Source: an uncultured Clostridia bacterium (GTDB taxonomy: Bacteria > Bacillota > Clostridia > TANB77 > CAG-508). From it: a stretch of DNA of 64,000 bases. This document shows, piece by piece, positions 55,397 through 64,000 of this stretch. The notes below the pieces were generated by a model that ran no database searches, was not told the origin of the DNA, and saw only the letters and a list, made by a program, of their open reading frames with translations. The stretch spans positions 1,967-65,966 of the forward strand of contig CALXXJ010000005.1 of the NCBI GenBank assembly GCA_944392665.1. Reading direction: 5' to 3'. Numbering within the stretch: position 1 is the stretch's first letter; the number at the start of each line of letters is the position of its first letter. The translations under genes and the position numbers were made by a program.

Positions 55397-56902
55397 TTAC
55401 TTATATTGATTATCAATTTCTTTTAAGATAACATCATGTGCACTACCTTCTGAAATACTAACATCAGATACTAATGTTAATCTTGCTTTTTCATGTAATT
55501 CAGGAATTGTAATACTTCCACAGTTACACATTGTTGATTTAATTTTTGCACAAGTAATTGCTAAATTATCTTTTAATTTACCTGCATATGGAATATAGGA
55601 ATCAACACCTTCTTCAAATGAAAGTTTTGCATCTCCTCCCATATCATATCTTTGCCAGTTTCTTGCTCTATTAGAACCTTCTCCCCAATATTCTTTTACA
55701 TAACCATTTCCTTTTTTAACAACTCTTGTTGGGCTTTCATCAAATCTAGCAAAATATCTTCCCATCATAACAAAATCTGCTCCTAAAGCTAAAGCAATCG
55801 TAATGTGATGGTCATGCACAATTCCACCATCTGAACAAACTGGGATATAGATTCCTGTTTCTTCAAAATATTTATCTCTTTCTGCAACAACATCAATTAA
55901 AGCTGAGGCTTGTCCACGTCCAATACCTTTGGTTTCACGTGTGATACAAATAGATCCTCCACCAACACCTACTTTAATGAAGTCTGCTCCAGCTTCTGCT
56001 AAATATCTAAATCCTTCTGCATCTACAACATTTCCTGCACCAATTTTAACAGAATCTCCATATTTTTCTCTTACAAAATCAATCGTATTTTTTTGCCATA
56101 CAGAATATCCATCTGAAGAATCCATGCAAATTAAATCTACACCTGCATCTACTAATGCTGGTATTCTTTGTTCATGGTCTCTTGTATTGATACCTGCACC
56201 TACAATATATCTCTTATTTTCATCTAATAAAGAATTTGGATTATTTTTTCTCTCTTCATAATCTTTTCTAAATACTAAATATTTTAAGTTTCCTTCTTCA
56301 GTTAATATTGGCAAACATGCAATTTTATTTTCCCATATTAAATCATTGGCTTCTGATAAAGAAATTCCTTCATGTGCCCATACTGCTTTTTCTTTTGGTG
56401 TCATGAAGTTATCAATTGGAGCTTCCATATCATCTCTTGATACACGGTAATCTTTATCTGTTACTAGTCCGATAAATTTTCCTTTTGCTGTTCCATCTTC
56501 TGTAATCATAACTGTTGAATGTCCTGTTTTGATAACTAAGTCAATGACATCTTTTAAAGGTGTTCCAGATTTTACATTTGAATCGCTAACGATAAATCCA
56601 GCTTTATGTTTTTTTACTTGTCTCACCATTTCTGCTTGTGATTCAATACTTTGTGAACCATAAATAAATGCAACTCCACCTTCTCTAGCTAAAGCGATTC
56701 CCATATCTACTCCAGATACAGATTGCATAATCGCAGATACCATTGGAATATTAGCATAATATTTTGGTTCTTCTCCTTTTTTATATTTTACAAGTGGTGT
56801 TTTTAAAGATACCTTATTTGGTATACATCTTTCATCTGTTAAGTTTGGTAATAATAAAAATTCATTAAATGTTCTTGAAATATCTTCTAAAATCTTTGCC
56901 AT
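55397..56902 (-). CDS. guaB: IMP dehydrogenase
   Basis: 501 aa. TIM-barrel IMPDH motifs ([13 protein letters not shown] catalytic Cys loop, [11 protein letters not shown]), an inserted CBS pair, SD GGAGGAG. Confidence 0.93.
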   Translation of the reverse strand: MAKILEDISRTFNEFLLLPNLTDERCIPNKVSLKTPLVKYKKGEEPKYYANIPMVSAIMQSVSGVDMGIALAREGGVAFIYGSQSIESQAEMVRQVKKHKAGFIVSDSNVKSGTPLKDVIDLVIKTGHSTVMITEDGTAKGKFIGLVTDKDYRVSRDDMEAPIDNFMTPKEKAVWAHEGISLSEANDLIWENKIACLPILTEEGNLKYLVFRKDYEERKNNPNSLLDENKRYIVGAGINTRDHEQRIPALVDAGVDLICMDSSDGYSVWQKNTIDFVREKYGDSVKIGAGNVVDAEGFRYLAEAGADFIKVGVGGGSICITRETKGIGRGQASALIDVVAERDKYFEETGIYIPVCSDGGIVHDHHITIALALGADFVMMGRYFARFDESPTRVVKKGNGYVKEYWGEGSNRARNWQRYDMGGDAKLSFEEGVDSYIPYAGKLKDNLAITCAKIKSTMCNCGSITIPELHEKARLTLVSDVSISEGSAHDVILKEIDNQYK

Positions 56903-56998
56903 ATTAACTCCTCCATTTATTAAAATATTATAAAATGAAATGATGCAGAACTTGTTTTTATCCTGTCATCATTCTCTCCTTAAAAAATTGATAGTACT

Positions 56999-57027
56999 AG
57001 TATATCACATTTTTTCCAGAGTGTAAA
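56999..57027 (-). promoter_or_regulatory. Putative guaB promoter
   Basis: Minus strand TTTACA (57027-57022) - 17 nt - TATACT (57004-56999), with TG at -15/-14. Confidence 0.5.
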
Positions 57028-57202
57028 CCATTTTTTACTTTTTTCATAATGCTAAAGGTTAATCAATGTTACAATTCATAATATTTTCAAACTTGCAACG
57101 TTATTTTTTTGAATATGAAAATCATTTTTTCCTATTCAAAAAAAGTAAACTAATCATCGCTTTTATTTTTTTCGACAATTAGTTTACCTATATTTTATTT
57201 TT

Positions 57203-57925
57203 TTACATTGATGCGCCAATTTCATATATTGAACCGTCTTTTGTAATAGCAACAACTGCATTATATCCACTATTATTTTGTGGAGTAACACTTACTTGTT
57301 CAAATCTATCCACATTATTTACTTCTGAAATATCTTCTGCCACAAACTCTGCTGTTTTATAACCATTTTCCATAGCAATTCCCTTTACTGTTCCATCTTT
57401 TAATAATAAAAATACTAATGGATAATCCCAATCTTGACCTTCCATACCATAAAAAATTGTTTCTACTTCATCAGAAGTTACGTTACGAATTACATATTTT
57501 TCATTATATTCTATTGCTTTTCCACGTCCAAATAGCATTTCATTTAAATCTGATTCTTTAAAAGTAATTGTTAAATCATCATCTTGCTCTGCTATAGTTA
57601 ATGCATTTTTCACAGTATCTTCTTCAGTTTCGGTAACTTCATAACTAGCATTAAATTCTTCATTAGATACTTCTCTTACTCGAAAATGATTATCGGTATT
57701 TGCATTATTGTTTTCATTTTCAGTAGCATTACTTGAAATATTATTACTTATATCATTATTATTATCTAATACTTCATTATTTGTATTAGATGTTTCATTA
57801 GTTATCGTATTACTATTTGTGTTCGTATTTGGTTGAGAATTATCATCATTACTTATATTATAAATAAACAAACCTCCACATATTACAATGATTAATATCA
57901 CAATTACTATAATCCATTTTTTCAT
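57203..57925 (-). CDS. Hypothetical membrane-anchored protein with an Asn-rich linker
   Basis: ATG 57925 behind AGGGGG. N-terminal TM, a ~70-aa Asn/Thr/Ser low-complexity stretch, and a ~150-aa C-terminal domain with no recognised motif. Confidence 0.6.
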   Translation of the reverse strand: MKKWIIVIVILIIVICGGLFIYNISNDDNSQPNTNTNSNTITNETSNTNNEVLDNNNDISNNISSNATENENNNANTDNHFRVREVSNEEFNASYEVTETEEDTVKNALTIAEQDDDLTITFKESDLNEMLFGRGKAIEYNEKYVIRNVTSDEVETIFYGMEGQDWDYPLVFLLLKDGTVKGIAMENGYKTAEFVAEDISEVNNVDRFEQVSVTPQNNSGYNAVVAITKDGSIYEIGASM

Positions 57926-58008
57926 TTTCTTTTCCCCCTTCAATATATTTTGGCACATATTGTTTTTAATCTCTTATTCTTTTCAATAAGATTGTATTTT
58001 AATTGAAA

Positions 58009-59199
58009 TTATTTTACTAATCTCATTGTTTCTTTTGCAATCATTAATTCTTCATTTGTAGGTATTACATATACTTTAACTTTTGAGTCAGGTGTTGAAA
58101 TAACTTTTTCTTCTCCTCTCATGTTGTTTTCATCTAAGTCTAATTTCACACCCATAAATTCTAGCTTTTCACAAATACCTTTTCTAATATTAATTTGGTT
58201 TTCACCAATACCACCTGTAAAGATAATGTAATCAATACCTTTCATAGCCACAGCATATTTTACAATAAAGCTTGCAATAGAATAATTGAATTGTTCAATC
58301 GCAATTTTTGCTCTTTCTGTTCCTTTGTTTGATTCATCTTCTATTACCCTAAAATCTGGTGCCATACCTGATATACTTGCTAATCCAGATTTTTTATTTA
58401 AGATATCTTCCATGGTTTGTGCATCTAGATTTTCTTTTTTCATGATAAAAGTAACTACTGATGGATCTAAATCTCCGCTTCTTGTTACCATAGGTAGTCC
58501 TGCAAGTGGTGTTAATCCCATACTAGTATCTATTGATTTACCATCTTTTACAGCACATATACTAGCTCCTTGACCTAAATGACATGTTACAATTTTTGTT
58601 CCTTCAAGAGATTTATTTTCTATCTCACCAAGTCTTTGAGATACGTACATATGAGAAGTTCCATGGAATCCATATTTTCTAACCCCATATTTCTCATAAT
58701 ACTCATAAGGAATTGGATATATAAATTTATCTTTTGGAATTGATGAATGGAATGCTGTATCAAATACGCCTACCATTGGTTTGTTTGGCATAACCTCTCT
58801 ACATGCCTCAATTCCTAATATACATGCTGGGTTATGTAATGGTGCTAAATCAGTGCATTCCTCTATTATTTTAATAACCTCATCTGTGATAACTACAGAT
58901 TCTGTTATTTTTTCTCCCCCATGAACAACTCTATGTCCTACAGCACTAATTTCATCTAAAGAATCAATTACTTTATATTCTGGATTTGTAAATTGTTCCA
59001 AAGTAAATTCAATTGCTTCTTTATGATTATATGCTGGTTTTTTTATTTCAATTTTTTGTCCATTTACTTTATGTGTAATAAATGCTTCTTCTTCTCCAAT
59101 TCTTTCATATTTTCCAGAAGCCAATACTTCTTCTGTTTCCATATTAATTAATTGATACTTTAGTGATGAACTACCACAATTTAAAACTAAAACTTTCAT
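58009..59199 (-). CDS. ackA: Acetate kinase
   Basis: 396 aa from ATG 59199 (SD AGGAGGAAAAAA). MKVLVLNCGSSSLKYQL, GHRVVHGG, KYGFHGTSH, IPTNEE motifs. The track N-terminal extension is read-through of the leader. Confidence 0.93.
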   Translation of the reverse strand: MKVLVLNCGSSSLKYQLINMETEEVLASGKYERIGEEEAFITHKVNGQKIEIKKPAYNHKEAIEFTLEQFTNPEYKVIDSLDEISAVGHRVVHGGEKITESVVITDEVIKIIEECTDLAPLHNPACILGIEACREVMPNKPMVGVFDTAFHSSIPKDKFIYPIPYEYYEKYGVRKYGFHGTSHMYVSQRLGEIENKSLEGTKIVTCHLGQGASICAVKDGKSIDTSMGLTPLAGLPMVTRSGDLDPSVVTFIMKKENLDAQTMEDILNKKSGLASISGMAPDFRVIEDESNKGTERAKIAIEQFNYSIASFIVKYAVAMKGIDYIIFTGGIGENQINIRKGICEKLEFMGVKLDLDENNMRGEEKVISTPDSKVKVYVIPTNEELMIAKETMRLVK

Positions 59200-59369
59200 T
59201 TTTTTCCTCCTTTTGAACATTGGGGACGTGCCAAATCGTTCAGAAATTGAACGAAAGGGACAGACCCTCATTTTTTCTATTCTTTATTTATATTAATTGA
59301 ACATTATCTAATATTGTCTACTCTTGCTCGTCTAGCTTTTTTGTTCATATCTAATTCTATTCTATCTGA

Positions 59370-59498
59370 TCATTCCATTCTATCTGCTATATCTTCATTA
59401 TATTTTTTCATGTTGTCATTAATATTCTTTGTTAGTAAACTTAGTTCTTCATCGCTTAATATTCTTTGCTTTTCTCTCCATTCTTTACTATTCCCCAT
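59370..59498 (-). CDS. Candidate 42-aa small protein between the two kinase genes
   Basis: The ATG lies 1 nt after the upstream stop (TAAAATG) and the SD GGAGG lies in the end of the upstream gene. MGNSKEWREKQRILSDEELSLLTKNINDNMKKYNEDIADRME, then TGA. The frame stays open for 21 more codons after the TGA (to 59304). Confidence 0.35.
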   Translation of the reverse strand: MGNSKEWREKQRILSDEELSLLTKNINDNMKKYNEDIADRME

Positions 59499-59499
59499 T

Positions 59500-60699
59500 T
59501 TATTCAACCTCCTTTGCATTTACTGTCTCTCTTGCTATCATAAGCTCTTCATTTGTTGGAATCACAAAGGTTCTAACTTTCGCATCTTTTGCAGTAATTT
59601 CTGCTTCAATACCTTTTACTTTTTGATTATATTCTTTGTCAATTTTGACACCAAATACTTCTAAATAATCACAAATAGCTTCTCTTGAATCTTGACCTTT
59701 TTCTCCTACACCTGCTGTAAAAGTTAATATATCAAATCCATTCATAGCTACTGCACATTTAACCACATAGCTAGCAGCTAAATAATGGAAATTGTCAAGT
59801 GCTAATATTGATCTTGCATCTTCTGCCGCCGCTTCTGCCTCAATATCTCTAAAATCAACAGATACACCTGATATTCCATATGCACCTGATTGTTTGTTCA
59901 ATATTTTTTCCATCTCATCTGGTTTTAGATTTTCTTTTTTCATAATATAGGTAACAACTGATGGGTCTAGATCTCCACTTCGAGTTCCCATGGAGATTCC
60001 TCCTAGTGGTGTTAACCCCATACTGGTTTCTACCGATTTTCCATATTGGATTGCACACACACTTGCACCTTGCCCTAAATGGCAATTAATAATCTTTAAT
60101 TCTTTGATATCTTTTCCTACCAATTCTGCTGCTCTATTTGCAACAAATTGATGAGAAGTTCCATGAAATCCATATTTTCTAACTCCATACTTTTCATAGT
60201 ATTCATATGGTAATGGATAGATATATCTATCTTTTTCTAGTGTTTGATGAAATGCTGTATCAAACACTGCTACCATTTTGATATTTGGTGCTAATTTTTT
60301 GCAAGCTTTAATACCTAAGATTGCTGCTGGATTATGTAATGGTGCTAAATCCACACACTCCTCTATTCCTTTTATTACTTCATCTGTTATCACTACTGGA
60401 TTGGCAAATTTTTCTCCACCATGAACCACTCTATGTCCGATACCACCTAATTCTTCTAAATTTTTTATAACACCATAATGAGGATTTGTAAGTCTGCTCA
60501 ACACAAATGAAATCGCTTTATCATGGTTTTTTGCATAATGTTCAAATCTATGTACCTCTCCCTTTACTTTATGTGTCAAAAATGAATCTGCTTGACCAAT
60601 TCTTTCAAAATATCCTTTTGCTAAAACAGTTTCTGTTTCCATATCAATCACTTGATATTTTAATGACGAACTTCCTGAATTTAACACTAATATTTTCAT
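59500..60699 (-). CDS. Acetate/propionate kinase family protein (second copy)
   Basis: 399 aa with the same motif set (MKILVLNSGSSSLKYQV, GHRVVHGG, KYGFHGTSH, IPTNEE). Clearly diverged from the 58009 copy. Immediately downstream of pta. Confidence 0.9.
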   Translation of the reverse strand: MKILVLNSGSSSLKYQVIDMETETVLAKGYFERIGQADSFLTHKVKGEVHRFEHYAKNHDKAISFVLSRLTNPHYGVIKNLEELGGIGHRVVHGGEKFANPVVITDEVIKGIEECVDLAPLHNPAAILGIKACKKLAPNIKMVAVFDTAFHQTLEKDRYIYPLPYEYYEKYGVRKYGFHGTSHQFVANRAAELVGKDIKELKIINCHLGQGASVCAIQYGKSVETSMGLTPLGGISMGTRSGDLDPSVVTYIMKKENLKPDEMEKILNKQSGAYGISGVSVDFRDIEAEAAAEDARSILALDNFHYLAASYVVKCAVAMNGFDILTFTAGVGEKGQDSREAICDYLEVFGVKIDKEYNQKVKGIEAEITAKDAKVRTFVIPTNEELMIARETVNAKEVE

Positions 60700-60739
60700 A
60701 CATACTCCTTATACTTAATTTCAATTTTGTTATGCGCAA

Positions 60740-61735
60740 TTAGTTTTGTGCTTGCACTGCTGTTATAGCAACAACTCCTGCAATATCATCACTATTACAT
60801 CCTCTTGATAAATCATTTACTGGTTTTGCAATACCTTGGCATAATGGTCCATATGCTTCTGCTTTTGCTAATCTTTGTACCAATTTGTATCCTATATTTC
60901 CTGCATTTAAATCAGGGAAAATTAATACATTTGCTTCTCCTTTTAATGGACTATTTGGTGCTTTTGATTTTGCAATTTCTGGGATAATCGCTGCATCTAA
61001 TTGTAATTCCCCATCTACTAATAAATCTTTTTGTTTTTCTTTTACTAATTTTGTTGCTTCAATTACTTTTTCAGTCAACTCTGAATGTGCACTTCCATAA
61101 GTAGAATAAGAAAGCATTGCTACTTTTGCTTCTTTTCCTACTAATTGTTTAAAACTTTTACTAGATGAAATGGCAATTTCTGATAATTGCTCTGGATTAG
61201 GATTTTCATTTAGTCCACTATCTCCAAATATAAATACACCATCTTCACCATATTCACAATTAGGTACTACCATAACAAAAAAGGCAGAAACTAATTTGGT
61301 ATCTGGTGCTGTTTTTAAAATTTGTAAAGCTGGTCTTAATGTGTCTGATGTAGAATGTGCTGCTCCTGAAACTAATCCGTCTGCTTTGTTATCTTTTACC
61401 ATTAGCATTCCATAATATACTGGGTCTAAAACCAATTCTTTAGCTTTTTCTATTGTCATTCCTTTGTGCTTTCTTAATTCATACAAAAGATTTGTGTATT
61501 TTTCATAATCTTCTGACTTTTGTGGATCTACAATTTTGGCACCTTCAATATTTACCTCATTTGTTTTTGCCTTTTCTAAAATATTTTCTTCATTTCCTAT
61601 TAAAATGATATTTGCGTATTTTTCTTTCATTACCTTCTCAGTTGCTTTTAATACTCTTATATCTTCTGCTTCTGGAAGGATAATTGTTTTGATTTGTTGT
61701 TTTGCTCTTTGTTTTATTTCTTCAATAAACGCCAT
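60740..61735 (-). CDS. pta: Phosphate acetyltransferase
   Basis: About 331 aa from ATG 61735 (SD AGGAGG 8 nt upstream). PTA_PTB pattern (…ILPEAED.RVL…GLVSGA.HST.DT.RPALQI…GP..QG…P.NDLSRG). The track start at 61762 overlaps the -10 box. Confidence 0.92.
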   Translation of the reverse strand: MAFIEEIKQRAKQQIKTIILPEAEDIRVLKATEKVMKEKYANIILIGNEENILEKAKTNEVNIEGAKIVDPQKSEDYEKYTNLLYELRKHKGMTIEKAKELVLDPVYYGMLMVKDNKADGLVSGAAHSTSDTLRPALQILKTAPDTKLVSAFFVMVVPNCEYGEDGVFIFGDSGLNENPNPEQLSEIAISSSKSFKQLVGKEAKVAMLSYSTYGSAHSELTEKVIEATKLVKEKQKDLLVDGELQLDAAIIPEIAKSKAPNSPLKGEANVLIFPDLNAGNIGYKLVQRLAKAEAYGPLCQGIAKPVNDLSRGCNSDDIAGVVAITAVQAQN

Positions 61736-61770
61736 TTCTATTGCCTCCTTTACATCAACCATTATATACT

Positions 61771-61818
61771 ATAAACAAAGAAAAGCACAAGTATTTTCTA
61801 AAAAAACTTTGTGCTTTT
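61771..61818 (-). terminator. Rho-independent terminator after the PAP2-DgkA gene, overlapping the pta promoter
   Basis: AAAAGCACAA/TTGTGCTTTT stem, then CTTTGTTT on the minus strand. TATAAT (61766-61761) follows immediately. Confidence 0.7.
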
Positions 61819-61825
61819 ATCCTAA

Positions 61826-62860
61826 TTATCCAAATATTTTAGGTAAAAATATAATTAATCCTACAATTACAGAAATAATTGCAGAAAACAATACAGCACC
61901 TGCTGCAATATCCTTTGCATATTTTGCTTTTTCATTAATATCTGGCATAGCAATATCTACTGTTGTTTCAATAGCCGTATTAATCAGTTCTAATGAAATC
62001 ACAATCGCAAATAATAATAAACATACAAGCCATTCTATGGCTGATATTTTACAAATAAATCCTGCAATAATTACCAATGCCATAATCACAAAATGTATTT
62101 TCAAATTTTGCTCTGTTTTCCATGCTTCTTGAATTCCTTCAAAAGCATATTTGAAACTATTTCTTAGTCTTTTTCTTTTTTTTCTTAATTCTACCATTTT
62201 TCTTTTATTTTTCACAGTATTATCCTTTTCCTTTTCTAATTGTAATATAGACCTCGTAATATTGGTAAATAACAATAAATATACAATAGATATTGCAAAT
62301 CCGCCAATAACATCACTTGCATAATGTACGCCTAAGTAAATTCTACTAAATCCAATCATTGGTATTAAAAGTCCTAAGATTCCACAACTGATGTATTTTA
62401 TTTTTTTATTTTTTACCATTTTCCATATTAAATAAATGATTAATCCATAAAATGCCATACTGACCATAGAATGCCCAGACGGAAAACTATATCCACTTTC
62501 TGCAATTAATCTATATCCATCTGGCCTTGGCCTTTGTATTATGTATTTTAATAATTGATTTAGCAAAGTTGCAATAATTAAATTACCAGCTACACATAAA
62601 CCTACTTTTTTGTTTTTTATAAAAATCAAGGTTCCTAATGTTATTGCTATTAATACATATGCAGAAGATAAATTGGTTATTACCTTCATAATCACAGTAA
62701 GCGGTTCTGATCTTAAATTCAAAATAACTAGTCTATATACCAACATGTCTAATGTCAGTTGCTCATTTTCAAAAATATCTTCTAATATCATTAAAACAAT
62801 AATTAGACAAAGGAAAGCGATAATCCATTTATAATTTTTTTCTATAATTCGTTTTAGCAT
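61826..62860 (-). CDS. Fusion protein: PAP2-type phosphatase (N-terminal) + DgkA-type diacylglycerol/undecaprenol kinase (C-terminal)
   Basis: 344 aa. PAP2 motifs KYIIQRPRP / PSGHS / SRIYLGVHYASDV in the first ~200 aa. After a basic linker, a complete DgkA domain (…FKYAFEGI…E..NTAIE..VD…AKD.AAGAVL). Confidence 0.85.
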   Translation of the reverse strand: MLKRIIEKNYKWIIAFLCLIIVLMILEDIFENEQLTLDMLVYRLVILNLRSEPLTVIMKVITNLSSAYVLIAITLGTLIFIKNKKVGLCVAGNLIIATLLNQLLKYIIQRPRPDGYRLIAESGYSFPSGHSMVSMAFYGLIIYLIWKMVKNKKIKYISCGILGLLIPMIGFSRIYLGVHYASDVIGGFAISIVYLLLFTNITRSILQLEKEKDNTVKNKRKMVELRKKRKRLRNSFKYAFEGIQEAWKTEQNLKIHFVIMALVIIAGFICKISAIEWLVCLLLFAIVISLELINTAIETTVDIAMPDINEKAKYAKDIAAGAVLFSAIISVIVGLIIFLPKIFG

Positions 62861-62892
62861 TTGTATTTCCCACTTCTTTCTCAGATTTTAAA

Positions 62893-64000
62893 CTATAATT
62901 TTATTATCTTTTCCCATGATAAGTTTTCTTTTCCAAAATGACCATAATTGGTTGTTAATGAAAAAATTGGTTTATCTAATTCTAAATATTTGATAATGCC
63001 ATCTGGTGTTAAATCAAATTTTTCCTTAATTTTTGTAATTAAAGCTTCTTCTGATATAATCCCTGTTCCAAAAGTATTTACATGAATAGATAATGGTTCT
63101 TTCATTCCTATCGCATAAGAAATTTGTATCTCACATTTTTTTGCATATCCATTTGCAACTATATTTTTAGCAATATGTCTTAACATGTATGTTGCAGATC
63201 TATCTACTTTACTGGCATCTTTTCCAGAAAATGCTCCTCCACCATGTCTTGCATATCCACCATATGTATCTACAATAATTTTTCTACCAGTAAGTCCTGT
63301 ATCTCCTAAAGGCCCTCCAATGACAAATTTTCCAGTTGGATTAATATAGATTTTGGTATCTTTATCTATCATATTTTCTGGAATGACTGGTTTGATAACT
63401 TTTTCAATGACATCTTTCTTTAATGTTTCTTGGCTAATTTCTTCATCATGTTGTGTAGAAACTAATATGGTTTCAATTCTTTTTGGTCTATCATTTTCAT
63501 ATTCAACTGTTACTTGTGTTTTTCCGTCTGGTCTTAAATAGTCTATCTCTTTATTTCTTCTTGCCTCTGTTAATCTTTTAGATAATTTATGAGCCATAGA
63601 GATAGCATATGGCATGTATTCTGGTGTTTCATCACAGGCAAACCCAAACATAATACCTTGGTCTCCAGCTCCTCCAACATCTACACCTAACGCAATATCT
63701 GGACTTTGTTTTGTAATATTAATATCGATTTTGCAAGTTCTATAATCTATATCAATATTTTCATTATCATATCCGATTTCTTTTATTTTTTCTCTTACTA
63801 ATTTTTCTATATCTACTTCGCCTTTAGCAGTTATCTGTCCTGCAATGGTAATTCTATTGCCTGAAGCAAATGTTTCTACTGCTACTCTTGCAGTTTTATC
63901 TTGTTTTAAATATTCATCTAATATACAGTCTGAAATGGTATCACATAATTTGTCTGGATGTCCTTCTGTCACACTTTCTGATGTGAAATAATATTTGCTC
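62893..64000 (-). CDS. metK: S-adenosylmethionine synthetase (5' end beyond the window)
   Basis: [28 protein letters not shown] motifs. The frame stays open to position 64000 (…[17 protein letters not shown]), so the start codon is outside the window. Confidence 0.95.
   Translation of the reverse strand, partial: SKYYFTSESVTEGHPDKLCDTISDCILDEYLKQDKTARVAVETFASGNRITIAGQITAKGEVDIEKLVREKIKEIGYDNENIDIDYRTCKIDINITKQSPDIALGVDVGGAGDQGIMFGFACDETPEYMPYAISMAHKLSKRLTEARRNKEIDYLRPDGKTQVTVEYENDRPKRIETILVSTQHDEEISQETLKKDVIEKVIKPVIPENMIDKDTKIYINPTGKFVIGGPLGDTGLTGRKIIVDTYGGYARHGGGAFSGKDASKVDRSATYMLRHIAKNIVANGYAKKCEIQISYAIGMKEPLSIHVNTFGTGIISEEALITKIKEKFDLTPDGIIKYLELDKPIFSLTTNYGHFGKENLSWEKIIKL

Noticed and set aside
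59200-59271. N-terminal extension of ackA (MRVCPFRSISERFGTSPMFKRRKK) given by the ORF track. Similar upstream extensions occur on pepF, the LysM protein, pta, the GNAT, GH25 and hydrolase genes.
   Set aside because: In each case an internal ATG sits at the proper distance from a strong SD and matches the conserved family N-terminus. The extensions read through the SD or promoter sequences, or begin with TTG/GTG.
59370-59372. In-frame TGA as evidence for an alternative genetic code (TGA = Trp/Gly).
   Set aside because: All long genes in the window are intact under the standard bacterial code. TGA also appears as a plausible terminator elsewhere (e.g. the ORF ending at 12613-12615). Recoding of the whole genome is not supported.

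Overview
Very AT-rich, Firmicutes/Clostridia-like chromosomal segment. All but one of about 60 credible genes lie on the minus strand. I recognised no rRNA, tRNA or CRISPR array.

In coordinate order:
- The NuoE/NuoF-like part of a multimeric [FeFe]-hydrogenase operon, then uvrB.
- A roughly 7-kb patch of gene decay (5.4-12.9 kb). It holds a RhuM fragment, an intact ISAs1-family IS with 38-bp inverted repeats and a 9-bp target duplication, two sigma-factor fragments, a multiply deleted aldo-keto reductase, two MerR-type promoters with no regulator, and a gap that looks like an unannotated type I toxin-antitoxin locus.
- Cell-wall amidase, a dockerin-bearing 7-repeat surface protein and pepF.
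- A small TM+LysM protein behind a promoter carrying two LexA-type boxes (YneA-like), an orphan dpaB, three PF06541 paralogues, a TVP38/DedA-type protein and a GH25 muramidase.
- A response-regulator/GT51 chimeric remnant, an ABC-F protein with an SD-sequestering leader, and an MFS transporter.
- A roughly 20-kb cell-wall glycopolymer locus. It contains GtrA/GtrB-like genes, five glycosyltransferases, a GacI/GacJ-like module, two GT-C-like membrane proteins, Wzm/Wzt with a GT2-GT4 fusion, MBOAT plus a DHHW protein, and a pyruvyl transferase.
- An operon of a cadherin-like anchor protein plus two peptidoglycan hydrolases, each with seven Big_2-like repeats.
- guaB, then pta-ack-small ORF-ack, a PAP2-DgkA fusion, and metK (5' end outside the window).

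Most promising leads: the candidate type I TA locus (8.9-9.3 kb), the orphan MerR-type regulon remnants, the SOS-controlled YneA-like gene, the ABC-F attenuator, and the hydrolase/glycopolymer-modification neighbourhood. All functional calls rest on motif recognition by eye; no database search was possible.
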